DNA of 64,000 bases, taken from the NCBI GenBank assembly GCA_963727455.1, contig CAVSGG010000004.1:24532-88531 (forward strand). Direction: 5' to 3'. The DNA comes from Candidatus Krumholzibacteriota bacterium. GTDB lineage: Bacteria > Krumholzibacteriota > Krumholzibacteriia > JAJRXK01. The translations under genes and the position numbers were made by a program. The notes under the pieces are model-generated. The model was not told the DNA's origin, did no database searches, and worked only from the letters and a program-made list of their open reading frames with translations. Below are positions 8,792 through 17,625 of this stretch, in pieces; the first letter of the stretch is position 1; each line of letters begins with the position of its first letter.

Positions 8792-10692
8792 GCACGCATC
8801 CGTTCTTGGAGATTTTGAAGAAACGCCCGTTGCTCTTCGACGGCGCGATCGGCACCGAGCTGTACCGTCGTGGTGTTTACCTGACGAACTCCTTCGAGGA
8901 ATTGAACCTGACCCGCGCCGGCCTGGTTCTCAAGGTCCACCGCGACTATCTGGAGGCCGGGGCGGAGGTTCTGACCACCAACAGTTACGGAGCGAATCGC
9001 ATCCGGCTGTCCCACTTCGACCTGCAGGACGAGGTGGCGGCCATCAACCGGGCCGCCGGCGAGCTGGCGCAGGAAGCAGCCGGCCGCCGCGCGTGGGTGG
9101 CGGGAGCCATCGGCCCCACCGGCTTGGGTACGGCACACTTCCTCGGACCGGCAGCTGAAGAATGCCGTGAGGTCTTTCACGAACAGATGCGAGCCCTGCT
9201 CGACGGGGGAGTGGACTTTCTTCTTCTGGAGACTTTCTCCCAGCTGGCGGAAGCTCACCTCGTAATTCGCCTGGCCAAGGAGAAGTTCCCCGACACACCG
9301 GTGGTTGCGACCTTTCGTTTCGAAACCGACGAGAAATTGGGCGACGGGAGCACTCCCGAAGCGGTGGCGGAGGCGCTTGTCGAATGGGGAGCGGACGTCA
9401 TCGGCGCCAACTGTGGCGAAGGACCGCAGCTCGTCTTCGAGATGAGCCGCCGCATGCTCGGACATGGCGTGCCGGTGATCTGCCAACCCAACGCGGGTTC
9501 GCCCAAGAGTCTGGAAGGTCGCACGATCTACGTGGCCAATCCGGAGTTCTTCGGCGTGATGGGCCGCCGCATGTTGAAGGCGGGGATTTCCGCGGTGGGC
9601 GGCTGCTGCGGGACCACTCCCGAACACATAAGGCGGCTGCGCAGCGCCGTGCGCATGATGGGCGGCGCGATCGCGGTACCTCGCGAGCAAGGGGTTCGCG
9701 CGACTACGGTCGAATTTCGTCAGGACAATCCGGTTGGAGTCGAACGGGTTCCAGTGGAGGAGAGGAGCGTCTTTGCGCGCAAGGTGAGTTCGGGCAAATT
9801 CGTGGTCTCGGTCGAGGTCAATCCTCCGAGCGGCCTGGACCCCAGCGAAAGTCTCGAGGCCGCACAAATGCTAGCCGAGGCCGGAGTGGACGTCGTCAAC
9901 ATCGCGGACGGTCCGCGGGCCAGCGTGCGCATGAGCAATTTGGCGATGGCATTACTCATGCGAGAAAAGACCGATGCCGAAGTATTGCTCCACGTTTGTT
10001 GCCGTGATCGCAATCTGTTGGGCCTGCAGAGCGATCTTCTAGGAGCGCATGCCCTGGGAATCCGGAATATTCTCGTCATCACCGGCGATCCTCCCAAGGT
10101 GGGGGACTATCCCGACGCCACCGCAGTGTATGATCTCGACAGCATCGGGTTGTTGCACTGGGTGCGCTCGTACAACCATGGACTCGATCCCACCGGCAAG
10201 GCGCTGGATGCCCCCACACAGTTCTGGGTGGGAACCGGCGCCGAGCCCGCGGCCATGGATTACGAACGGGAACTCCGCCGTCTGGAGAAAAAGGTGCAGG
10301 CGGGGGCCGACTTCGTCATGACTCAGCCGGTCTACGATCCGCGCCGTGTAGAGCGTTTCCTCAAGGACGTCGAAGATCTCGGGATTCCCATTTTGCTCGG
10401 ATTGCTTCCCCTGGCCAGTTACCGCAATGCGGAATTTCTGCACGCGAACGTGCCGGGCATGAGCATCCCCGAGGAGATTCGTCAGCGCATGAAGGCGGCC
10501 AAGCCGGGCAAGGCCGCGCGCGCCGAAGGGGTGAAGATTGCCCAGGAATCGCTTCTGAGTTTAAAAGATCGTGTGCAGGGCGCCTATATCATGCCCCCCC
10601 TAGGCCACTACGAGATGGCGCCGGCAATTCTGGAAGTGCTGGGGGACGGGTGGAAGCAGTGGGACGACACGGCGCGTGATTCGCGAAAATGA
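8788..10692 (+). CDS. yitJ: Bifunctional homocysteine S-methyltransferase / 5,10-methylene-THF reductase (YitJ-like)
   Basis: N-terminal DGAIGTEL, GANC, GGCCGTTPEHI; C-terminal MTHFR motifs CRDRN, ITGDPP, MTQPVYD. Confidence 0.93.
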   Translation: MSTHPFLEILKKRPLLFDGAIGTELYRRGVYLTNSFEELNLTRAGLVLKVHRDYLEAGAEVLTTNSYGANRIRLSHFDLQDEVAAINRAAGELAQEAAGRRAWVAGAIGPTGLGTAHFLGPAAEECREVFHEQMRALLDGGVDFLLLETFSQLAEAHLVIRLAKEKFPDTPVVATFRFETDEKLGDGSTPEAVAEALVEWGADVIGANCGEGPQLVFEMSRRMLGHGVPVICQPNAGSPKSLEGRTIYVANPEFFGVMGRRMLKAGISAVGGCCGTTPEHIRRLRSAVRMMGGAIAVPREQGVRATTVEFRQDNPVGVERVPVEERSVFARKVSSGKFVVSVEVNPPSGLDPSESLEAAQMLAEAGVDVVNIADGPRASVRMSNLAMALLMREKTDAEVLLHVCCRDRNLLGLQSDLLGAHALGIRNILVITGDPPKVGDYPDATAVYDLDSIGLLHWVRSYNHGLDPTGKALDAPTQFWVGTGAEPAAMDYERELRRLEKKVQAGADFVMTQPVYDPRRVERFLKDVEDLGIPILLGLLPLASYRNAEFLHANVPGMSIPEEIRQRMKAAKPGKAARAEGVKIAQESLLSLKDRVQGAYIMPPLGHYEMAPAILEVLGDGWKQWDDTARDSRK

Positions 10693-12032
10693 ACGATACC
10701 TGGCAGTTCGAACCCGGTCACCAGCCCGTCGTCGCTATCGGGACCTCCGCGAGTGCGCGGTTCGAACTCGGCTCGAGGCCACAGCTTCTGCGGCTGGAGC
10801 TCCCAGGCGATCACGCCATTCACTTCGATGATGCCGGCCGCGTCCTCTCCGTACAGAAGGACGGCGTAAGTTACCGCCGTACTCTGGATAGCCGCCTCCT
10901 CGTTTCGAGAATCGCGAGACTTCCCCATCGCGCGCGTCAACATCTCGATCCTCCGACGGATCCCCTGGGGTTCTTGGCCGAACAACACGCACACGCAAGG
11001 GAGGCGCTGCAGCTTTTAGACAGCGAGGGCTCCCAGCGGAATTGCGAAGTTTTGCGGGGACGACTCGCGCATCCGGTGAAGTGGGCCAGGGAAGCTCTCG
11101 CGGCAGCATCCCGCTTCGACCGAAATGCGCTGAAGGAGGACCGCGAAGCAGTACGTCGGGTCTATCTGCCAATCCCCATCCTTCCTCCCGACCACTACTC
11201 TTCTCTCGTGTTGCAACTGACCGAGGGTTGCGCCTGGAACCGCTGCACCTTCTGCAATTTTTACAAGCAGATCCAGTATCGGGAACGGAGCTTCGAGGAG
11301 TTCGCCGCCCACTTCGACGAAGTGCTCGAGTATCTCGGCCCCTCCCTGAGTCGCTATCACCGAATCTTTCTCGGGCAAGCGAATGCGCTGATGGTGGACA
11401 ATCGACGCCTGCTGCCAAAGCTTCAAGCGGTGACCGAGCGAATTCCGCTGCTGGATCCCTCGATGGGTGCGGCGACGCGCGCAGAATTCAGGGCCGGTCA
11501 CCGAAATTGGTTCGAGGGCTTCTATTCCTTCATCGACGGATTTCATCCACGCAAGAGTGAGCGGGAGTTCGCTCAGCTCGCGGAGGCGGGAGTGCGGCGC
11601 GTGTATCTGGGCCTCGAATCCGGTGACGACGAGGTCTTGAGACTCTTGGGCAAACCGCCGACCTCCGAGGCGGCCATCGAGCTGGTGAGGGATTTGCATG
11701 GGGCGTCGATTCGCGTGGGGGTCATCGTGCTGGTCGGTGCTGGAGGAAGAACCCACTTCAAGCGGCACCTCGCCTCCACGCTCTCCACCCTGGAGCGAAT
11801 GGAGTTGCGAGCGGGTGACCAGCTCTACCTCTCCAAACTCGTGCTGCACGAAGAGGAGCCATACGCGCTTCGCGCGGAGGCGGAGGGTTTGGGCGCGCTC
11901 AGTGAGGTCGAACAGGACCAACAACTCGCGGATTTTCGCCGAGGCATGCAATCCTGCTTGAGCGAGAAGATCCCCATCGCTCCTTACGACATCCATCTTA
12001 CGCGGACCCACCTTCCCTGGAGTCCCTCGTAG
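10689..12032 (+). CDS. Radical SAM protein with N-terminal extension
   Basis: GCAWNRCTFC (Cx4Cx2C) and VYLGLESGDD; ATGA overlap with yitJ. Confidence 0.85.
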   Translation: MNDTWQFEPGHQPVVAIGTSASARFELGSRPQLLRLELPGDHAIHFDDAGRVLSVQKDGVSYRRTLDSRLLVSRIARLPHRARQHLDPPTDPLGFLAEQHAHAREALQLLDSEGSQRNCEVLRGRLAHPVKWAREALAAASRFDRNALKEDREAVRRVYLPIPILPPDHYSSLVLQLTEGCAWNRCTFCNFYKQIQYRERSFEEFAAHFDEVLEYLGPSLSRYHRIFLGQANALMVDNRRLLPKLQAVTERIPLLDPSMGAATRAEFRAGHRNWFEGFYSFIDGFHPRKSEREFAQLAEAGVRRVYLGLESGDDEVLRLLGKPPTSEAAIELVRDLHGASIRVGVIVLVGAGGRTHFKRHLASTLSTLERMELRAGDQLYLSKLVLHEEEPYALRAEAEGLGALSEVEQDQQLADFRRGMQSCLSEKIPIAPYDIHLTRTHLPWSPS

Positions 12033-12139
12033 TCTCGTTTCGCGCTCCTTTTCCCGTCCGGGAATCGGGACACGGGACGCGCCCTTTGCTCCACCCCACC
12101 GCGAAGGCCTCTCTGTTTCCAAGTTTGGGCGAACCTGGA

Positions 12140-12155
12140 TTGGTACGGCTCCTGC
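12140..12155 (+). promoter_or_regulatory. Putative sigma54-type -24/-12 promoter
   Basis: TTGGTACGGCTCCTGC has exact GG-N10-GC spacing, about 40 nt before the ATG at 12196. Confidence 0.4.
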
Positions 12156-12195
12156 CAAAGTACCGAGTCATGCCTCCCTCGAAGGGAGACGATTC

Positions 12196-12780
12196 ATGTC
12201 GCGAGCGTTTCGCCGCACGGTCCTTTGCTTTCTTTCATTCGCCATCGCCTCACAGCTTTTGTCGGGCTGTTCCGGACAAGCGGAAACCGCCCCGCAGTTC
12301 GTGAAGACCGGCAGCTTGCAGGACGAGCCCTGGTTCAGGAGCGCGCTTTCGGTTCTGGCCACGATTCAAGACAAGCTGGGCGACCCCGCCATACGCGCGG
12401 AAGTCAGGATACGCCTGTTGGCGCGGGACGATGCGGGAGCGTTTTCGCGGCTGGGATTTTCCCGCGAAGATTTGGGAGCGTTTTTGGCGCGCCAGGAGAT
12501 CTTGCGCGCCGGCCTGGAGCAACGCTGGCCCGGGCTGAACGCCCACAGTTTGATCGGCCCGGCCACGGACCCGCGCGCGGAGTTTCTCGAGGGTCTCTCT
12601 GCGGATGAGTGGCCTGCGCCGGCGAGAAGCTCCAGCAAGGAGTTCTATACCTGTGCCGTCATTACCTTTTTCGAGGAGTTCCACCGCTGCACCCTCGCTG
12701 GTGGGGACATCTACTCCACCATGGGGTGTGTCATCACTGCTTACTGGAATTTTCTGGAAAACTTGGCGCGTGGATGCTGA
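12196..12780 (+). CDS. Hypothetical lipoprotein with Cys-containing C-terminus
   Basis: Lipobox-like LLSG|C; RBS AAGGGAG; no family recognised. Confidence 0.6.
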   Translation: MSRAFRRTVLCFLSFAIASQLLSGCSGQAETAPQFVKTGSLQDEPWFRSALSVLATIQDKLGDPAIRAEVRIRLLARDDAGAFSRLGFSREDLGAFLARQEILRAGLEQRWPGLNAHSLIGPATDPRAEFLEGLSADEWPAPARSSSKEFYTCAVITFFEEFHRCTLAGGDIYSTMGCVITAYWNFLENLARGC

Positions 12781-12820
12781 GGAATGAGGAAAAACTCGGC
12801 GAATCGCGGGGTGACCCGGC

Positions 12821-13438
12821 TCACTTCCAATGGGCCTTGAGCGTTCCCCAGCTGGTAGAGGAAGTGGGGACGACGAGGTCGAACGAGAGGTCGTCGAAGA
12901 TCGCCGCGTCGCTGGAGCGATAAACTCCGAAGAGAACACTCGTGATCCGCTGCCGGTCCAAGGGCGGCTCCACCGTGAGGGTTTGCGGAACCCCGGTCAT
13001 CGCCGCACCGGGAACACTCCAGGCGATCTCTAGGAAACCGTCGGCCCCGTAAGCCTTCAAATAGGCCGATGCATCAGGGCCCTCGTGGACGGCCGTGATC
13101 GAAACCACATTTTGCGGGGTGTCGAAATCGACCACGAACCAACCCAGCTGATCGTGAACGTCAGGACAGCTGCCTTCGGCCTGGTAGGAAAGAACGTTGG
13201 GTGGAGAGGATGCCACGCCGGGGCAGGTATCCTCCAGCGCGGTAGCGATGACTTCTGAAAGCCCGGTGCCCACTGCATAGAGGTGAACTCCCATGAATGC
13301 GTAGTGTTCGTTGACTGGGGTGCCCGAGACGAGTTCGTCGAAATTCAATACCCGCGCCGGCGCGGTCAGCGGCCGGGCGACCACGATCATGATCGTGGCG
13401 AGAAGACATAAGAACGGAAGAAATGGAGATTTTCTCAT
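12821..13438 (-). CDS. Secreted beta-rich protein with SWGxxK C-terminal tail
   Basis: Signal peptide; LNFDEL...FDDLSF domain; ends VVPTSSTSWGTLKAHWK. Confidence 0.75.
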   Translation of the reverse strand: MRKSPFLPFLCLLATIMIVVARPLTAPARVLNFDELVSGTPVNEHYAFMGVHLYAVGTGLSEVIATALEDTCPGVASSPPNVLSYQAEGSCPDVHDQLGWFVVDFDTPQNVVSITAVHEGPDASAYLKAYGADGFLEIAWSVPGAAMTGVPQTLTVEPPLDRQRITSVLFGVYRSSDAAIFDDLSFDLVVPTSSTSWGTLKAHWK

Positions 13439-13495
13439 ACGCGCACTTCAATCAGCGGACAAAACTTCAATCGGCATGGTGCCACTGATTGTACT

Positions 13496-14554
13496 TCAAT
13501 TGGCCCTGCGATGGAAGATGCTGCGAAGCAGGCTTTTCAGTACGGAGAGAAACACGTCCGGATTGTTTTCCAGGCGCCGCATGCTGTAAGCGTACCACTG
13601 CTGTCCGTAGGGAACGTAGAGCCGAACGCGGATGCCTTGCTCGATGAGCTCTTTCTGCAAGGGTAGGCTGGGTACTCCCAACAACATCTGGACTTCGATC
13701 TTGGGCTTGGGAATTTGCAGGCGCTCCGCGATCTTCAGGGCCTCTCGGATGCACCATTCCTCGTGAGTGGCCAGAGCTACGTGCTGGGAATTCATCCACA
13801 TGCCTTCCAGTAGCTCGAGCATACGCCGTTTCATCTCGGGCTTATCTTGCAGCGCGATCTGTGGCGGCTCGCGGTAGATTCCGATACACAGGCGCACGTT
13901 GGGCTGGAGATCGGAGAGATTCTCGAGATCCTCGGTCGTGCGGAAAAGGCGCGACTGCAGGACTATGCCCAGATTGGTGTAGCCACGTTCGCGCAGCGTA
14001 CGGTAGATCCGCAGGGTGCTATCGGTCGTGGTGTGGTCTTCCATGTCGAAGCGAACGAAGGTGTCGACTTGCGCGGCACGATTGAGAATGTCTTCGGTCC
14101 GTTGCATGCAGTCTTCTTCGTCGAGAAGTTGTCCGAGGGCGGACAGCTTGATGGAGACGTTGGCGAAGGGAAGTTCGGCGATGCTCGCGATCAGGTTTCG
14201 ATACTCCCGGTGGTACTCCTCCACATGCGCGGGTGTGCGGACATCCTCTCCCAAGATGTCGAGCGTGGAGTGGATTCCGTGGGCCTCATAGAGCTCGCGC
14301 GCCTTGGCTACCCCATCCGCGACGGTCTCGCCGGCGATGTAGCGCGCAGCGAAAATCTTCACCACGACCTTGGGTAGGATGCGCAGGGAGCGGGCGAAAA
14401 GCCGCTGGAAGCGACGGGCGAGGCTGGGGCGCGAGAGTGGATGGGGAGGCGCCTTGCCCCACTGTCCCAAGGCCGTGCCTGCGGTGGCTGGGGCTTCGGC
14501 CCTGCTTCGCGGGGGCCGCTCCTTCAGCTCGGTCTCATTCCATTCTCTCGGCAC
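13496..14554 (-). CDS. Monofunctional proline dehydrogenase
   Basis: Motifs RYIAGE, DILGE, SIKLS, FDMED, ATH, RLYVPYG..W..YSMRRL; GTG at 14554 with GGAGG RBS. Confidence 0.9.
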   Translation of the reverse strand: MPREWNETELKERPPRSRAEAPATAGTALGQWGKAPPHPLSRPSLARRFQRLFARSLRILPKVVVKIFAARYIAGETVADGVAKARELYEAHGIHSTLDILGEDVRTPAHVEEYHREYRNLIASIAELPFANVSIKLSALGQLLDEEDCMQRTEDILNRAAQVDTFVRFDMEDHTTTDSTLRIYRTLRERGYTNLGIVLQSRLFRTTEDLENLSDLQPNVRLCIGIYREPPQIALQDKPEMKRRMLELLEGMWMNSQHVALATHEEWCIREALKIAERLQIPKPKIEVQMLLGVPSLPLQKELIEQGIRVRLYVPYGQQWYAYSMRRLENNPDVFLSVLKSLLRSIFHRRAN

Positions 14555-14703
14555 GGGAGCCTCCGCGACTGGGAGTCGAAAGCGTGATCCAAGGGAAAAC
14601 CAGCACCCATGATAGTCACTGGATCCTCTTCGCGATAAGAGAAGATACCCCCTCAAACCAAAGGACTTCCAGCTCTGGAACTGCGTACCAAGGAGCAGGA
14701 GGG

Positions 14704-14733
14704 TAGACGCCGCCCCCAAAAATCGGCTAAAAT
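14704..14733 (+). promoter_or_regulatory. Putative sigma70 promoter for the structured RNA
   Basis: TAGACG-N18-TAAAAT. Confidence 0.45.
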
Positions 14734-14739
14734 TATTGC

Positions 14740-14942
14740 ACTCAGTGGAGCGTATGACGGTGGCTGCGCCCCCGCGCTGTTCCGCCGATGCCCTGCGTGG
14801 GTCGCCCCCCTGCCTCGTCTGCTGGGACCAGACAGCGGGCCAAGGGGGATTTCGCCTGACCCCGGGGAGAATCGCGGCGGGAAGAGACTCGGGTGTGAGC
14901 GCGCCCCGACTACGAAGGCCCGCCTTGATGGCGGGCCTTCGT
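14740..14942 (+). ncRNA. Putative rod-shaped structured RNA (6S-like or unknown)
   Basis: At least six nested helices paired by eye, with G-U pairs only on the + strand; upstream promoter-like hexamers; ends in a perfect 13-bp hairpin. Confidence 0.45.
14912..14942. terminator. Perfect 13-bp hairpin, terminator-like but with no clear U-tract
   Basis: ACGAAGGCCCGCC-TTGAT-GGCGGGCCTTCGT. Confidence 0.55.
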
Positions 14943-15033
14943 CCTGCCAATTCGCCGCGGGTGGAATGCCGCTGGCCTTCGTCCATTCCGCCCTCTACAC
15001 TGCAAGCTGCCGCGCACAGTAGAGGTTTGCCAG

Positions 15034-15846
15034 GTGAATTCAGCCCGCAAGTCCAAAACCGTGAGTGGAACCGACTCCCGGATTTCCGAGGGTCTGGTCA
15101 ATCTCGGCCTCACCGATTACGAGGTTCGGGTCTATTTGGCAATACTTCGCCATCCCGGTTCCCGGGTACCCGAGATCGCCGAACTCAGTCGTGTTCCCCA
15201 ACCCAAGGTCTATTCCACTCTCAAGCGTCTCATCCAACGCGGCCTGTGCGAAAGCCAGCTGGGTCCGGTCAACTGCTATGCCGCCATCGCGCCCCAGGTG
15301 GCGTTTCGTCCGCTACTGGAGGACATGCGGGCGCGGGAATCGAGCACCAAGCACGCGCTGAAACGGCTCAGGGAGGAGTTCGTCAGTTCCGGGACTGCCC
15401 TCAATCGGCGCGAGGGGCGCGTGAAGCTCTTCCAGGGGCGTTATGCCGCAGCACGCAACTACAAGATTCTTTTGAACGCGGCTACCGAGCGGGTAGGCGT
15501 AATCGTGCGCTTGCCTCTGGTGGTGCGCGACGACGCGGAACTGGTGCGCGAGCGGGTCCAGGCGGGAGTGGAAGTACGGCAGATCTACGAACTGCCCGAG
15601 GGCCTCGGGGATCCCGAACGCGAAATCCTCGAGGACTACCAGCGCGGCGGTGCGAGCCTGCGCTGGCTGAAGGAAGTTCCCATGCGCATGGTGGTCTTCG
15701 ACGACCGCATCACCGGCCTGCCCATGGTCGACCCGCGCCCGGCCGAGGGAGATGGCTTCATCATGATCGAGATTCGCAACGAGTTCCTGAGCCGCGGATT
15801 CTCTGCCATCTTCGACATGCTCTGGGAACAGGCCGCGGCGATTTAG
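15034..15846 (+). CDS. TrmB-family transcriptional regulator
   Basis: LGLTDYEVRVYLAIL, SRVPQPKVYSTLKRL wHTH; C-terminal effector domain (MVVFDDR). Confidence 0.88.
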   Translation: MNSARKSKTVSGTDSRISEGLVNLGLTDYEVRVYLAILRHPGSRVPEIAELSRVPQPKVYSTLKRLIQRGLCESQLGPVNCYAAIAPQVAFRPLLEDMRARESSTKHALKRLREEFVSSGTALNRREGRVKLFQGRYAAARNYKILLNAATERVGVIVRLPLVVRDDAELVRERVQAGVEVRQIYELPEGLGDPEREILEDYQRGGASLRWLKEVPMRMVVFDDRITGLPMVDPRPAEGDGFIMIEIRNEFLSRGFSAIFDMLWEQAAAI

Positions 15847-15874
15847 AGCCGATTCCCTTGCCCCGTTTCTCGTC

Positions 15875-16309
15875 ATGCCACAGGACAAAGTGAACATCCT
15901 CTTTCTTTGCTCCGGGAATTCCTGCCGCAGTCAGATGGCTGAGGGGTGGGCGCGCCAGCTTCGCGGCGGCGTGATCCGGGCGCACTCCGCCGGCCTCGAG
16001 CCGCGGGGGCTCGATCCCTATGCGGTACGGGTCATGCGGGAAGCGGGCGTGGACATCTCGGACCAGAAGAGCAAGCGCTTGAAAGAAGTGCTCGATCGGG
16101 ACTTCGACGTGGTGATCACCGTTTGTGACAACGCCTACGAGAACTGCCCGGTGTTTCCCCGCCCGGTACGAGTGGTGCACCGGAATTTCGACGATCCTCC
16201 CCGGCTCGCCGCGCAGCTCACGGACGAAGAGGAAATCCTGACCCACTACCGCCGGGTTCGAGACGAGCTGCGAAGGTTCGTTGAGACCCTTCCCGATGCA
16301 GTGAGATGA
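15875..16309 (+). CDS. arsC: Thioredoxin-type arsenate reductase (LMW-PTP fold)
   Basis: CSGNSCRSQMAEG, VITVCD, CPVFP, FDDP. Confidence 0.9.
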   Translation: MPQDKVNILFLCSGNSCRSQMAEGWARQLRGGVIRAHSAGLEPRGLDPYAVRVMREAGVDISDQKSKRLKEVLDRDFDVVITVCDNAYENCPVFPRPVRVVHRNFDDPPRLAAQLTDEEEILTHYRRVRDELRRFVETLPDAVR

Positions 16310-16343
16310 AGCGGGAGAGTGAGGGGGGGCCTCACGGACGGAG

Positions 16344-17621
16344 CTACTCGCGCCCGCGGGAGACGGCGCTCATCACCTTGCGCACGAGTGCCACGATATC
16401 CTCTTCTTTGAGCAGGCGGGGAGACTTCTTGGCTTCGGTGAGGACCGCCTGCACCACTTCGGGGCCATAGGGCAGGCCACGACTCTTCAGGTAGTGGATG
16501 ACGTTCGAGTTACCAGACATGTGGCCCACTTCGATCTCTTGGCTGCGTCCGATCCAGCTCGCGGGTACCCCCGAATACACGCGATCGGCGAGCCATGCGT
16601 CGCCCTTGGCCTGGGCCTTGACGACTGCGGAAGCATGGACGCCGGTGGCGGTACGGAAGGCGTCGCGCCCCAGAATGGGCGCGTTCGCGGGGATGGGCAC
16701 CCCGGTTCCCTTGGAGACCAGCTCGGCATACTCGGGCAGGCGGGAGAGGTCGTCGTCGCGCAGGCCCAGAAGCTTCAGATTCACCAGAAGTTGCTCGATG
16801 GGGGTGTTGCCCACCCGCTCGCCGATCCCGAGCATGGTCCCGTGGACACGAGTCGCGCCGGCTTGGATCGCGGCCAGAGTATTGGAGAGATCGAGTCCGC
16901 GATCACGGTGACCGTGCCAGTCGATGCCGACCTCGGCTCCCAGTTCGTCGATGAGCTTGCGCGTCCAGGCAACGAGGTTCATGACTCCTTCGGGAACGCC
17001 CGCGCCCACCGTGTCACAGAGGCAGACTCTTTTCGCTCCGGCGTCGATTGCGGCCGTCAGCAACAAACGCAGGTGCTCAGGCGAAGAACGGATGGTGTCC
17101 TCGGTGACGTACATCACATCGAGTCCCTCGGACACACCGAAGCTCACCGCCTCACTGGTGTGGCGCAGCAATTGATCGAGTTGCCAATTCTCGGTGTACT
17201 GCCGAATGGGACTACTGCCGATGAAAACGCAGGCCTCGATTCCGACTCCCACGCGCTGGGAGATTTCCGCCATGGGTTGGATGTCGGCCATCACGGTGCG
17301 ACCCGCGCAATTGGGCCGGATGGAAAGCCCGTGATCGACGATCTCGCGGCAAAGCCGCATGACTGCGTTCCATTGGCGTTCGCCGGCGCCGGGGAGGCCG
17401 AGGTCGGCGGTTTCGATGCCCAAGCTGTCCATGATGTGTAGAAGTTCCACCTTCAGCTCGACCTCGGGATCGATGACCGAGGGACACTGAAGGCCGTCGC
17501 GCAGGGTCTCGTCGTCGATCATGACGTGATCCATCTTCGCGAAGCGATTGGGGCCTGCCTGCTCCCAGTCGAAGATCAACTCATCGATGGAGGGATGCGG
17601 AAGCTTGGAAGATTCGCTCAC
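16344..17621 (-). CDS. DRE-TIM metallolyase (isopropylmalate/homocitrate/citramalate synthase-like) lacking the C-terminal regulatory domain
   Basis: DETLRDGLQ, HGHRDRG, GIGERVGN, TGVHA; about 425 aa. Confidence 0.85.
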   Translation of the reverse strand: MSESSKLPHPSIDELIFDWEQAGPNRFAKMDHVMIDDETLRDGLQCPSVIDPEVELKVELLHIMDSLGIETADLGLPGAGERQWNAVMRLCREIVDHGLSIRPNCAGRTVMADIQPMAEISQRVGVGIEACVFIGSSPIRQYTENWQLDQLLRHTSEAVSFGVSEGLDVMYVTEDTIRSSPEHLRLLLTAAIDAGAKRVCLCDTVGAGVPEGVMNLVAWTRKLIDELGAEVGIDWHGHRDRGLDLSNTLAAIQAGATRVHGTMLGIGERVGNTPIEQLLVNLKLLGLRDDDLSRLPEYAELVSKGTGVPIPANAPILGRDAFRTATGVHASAVVKAQAKGDAWLADRVYSGVPASWIGRSQEIEVGHMSGNSNVIHYLKSRGLPYGPEVVQAVLTEAKKSPRLLKEEDIVALVRKVMSAVSRGRE

Positions 17622-17625
17622 GGAT

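Noticed and set aside
14820-14870. Minus-strand GGCGAAATCC resembling FMN or cobalamin riboswitch cores
   Set aside because: The other conserved elements are absent, and the G-U pattern favours the + strand
14885-14913. CGGG...CCCGACTAC resembling group II intron domain VI
   Set aside because: No domain V signature and no reverse transcriptase nearby
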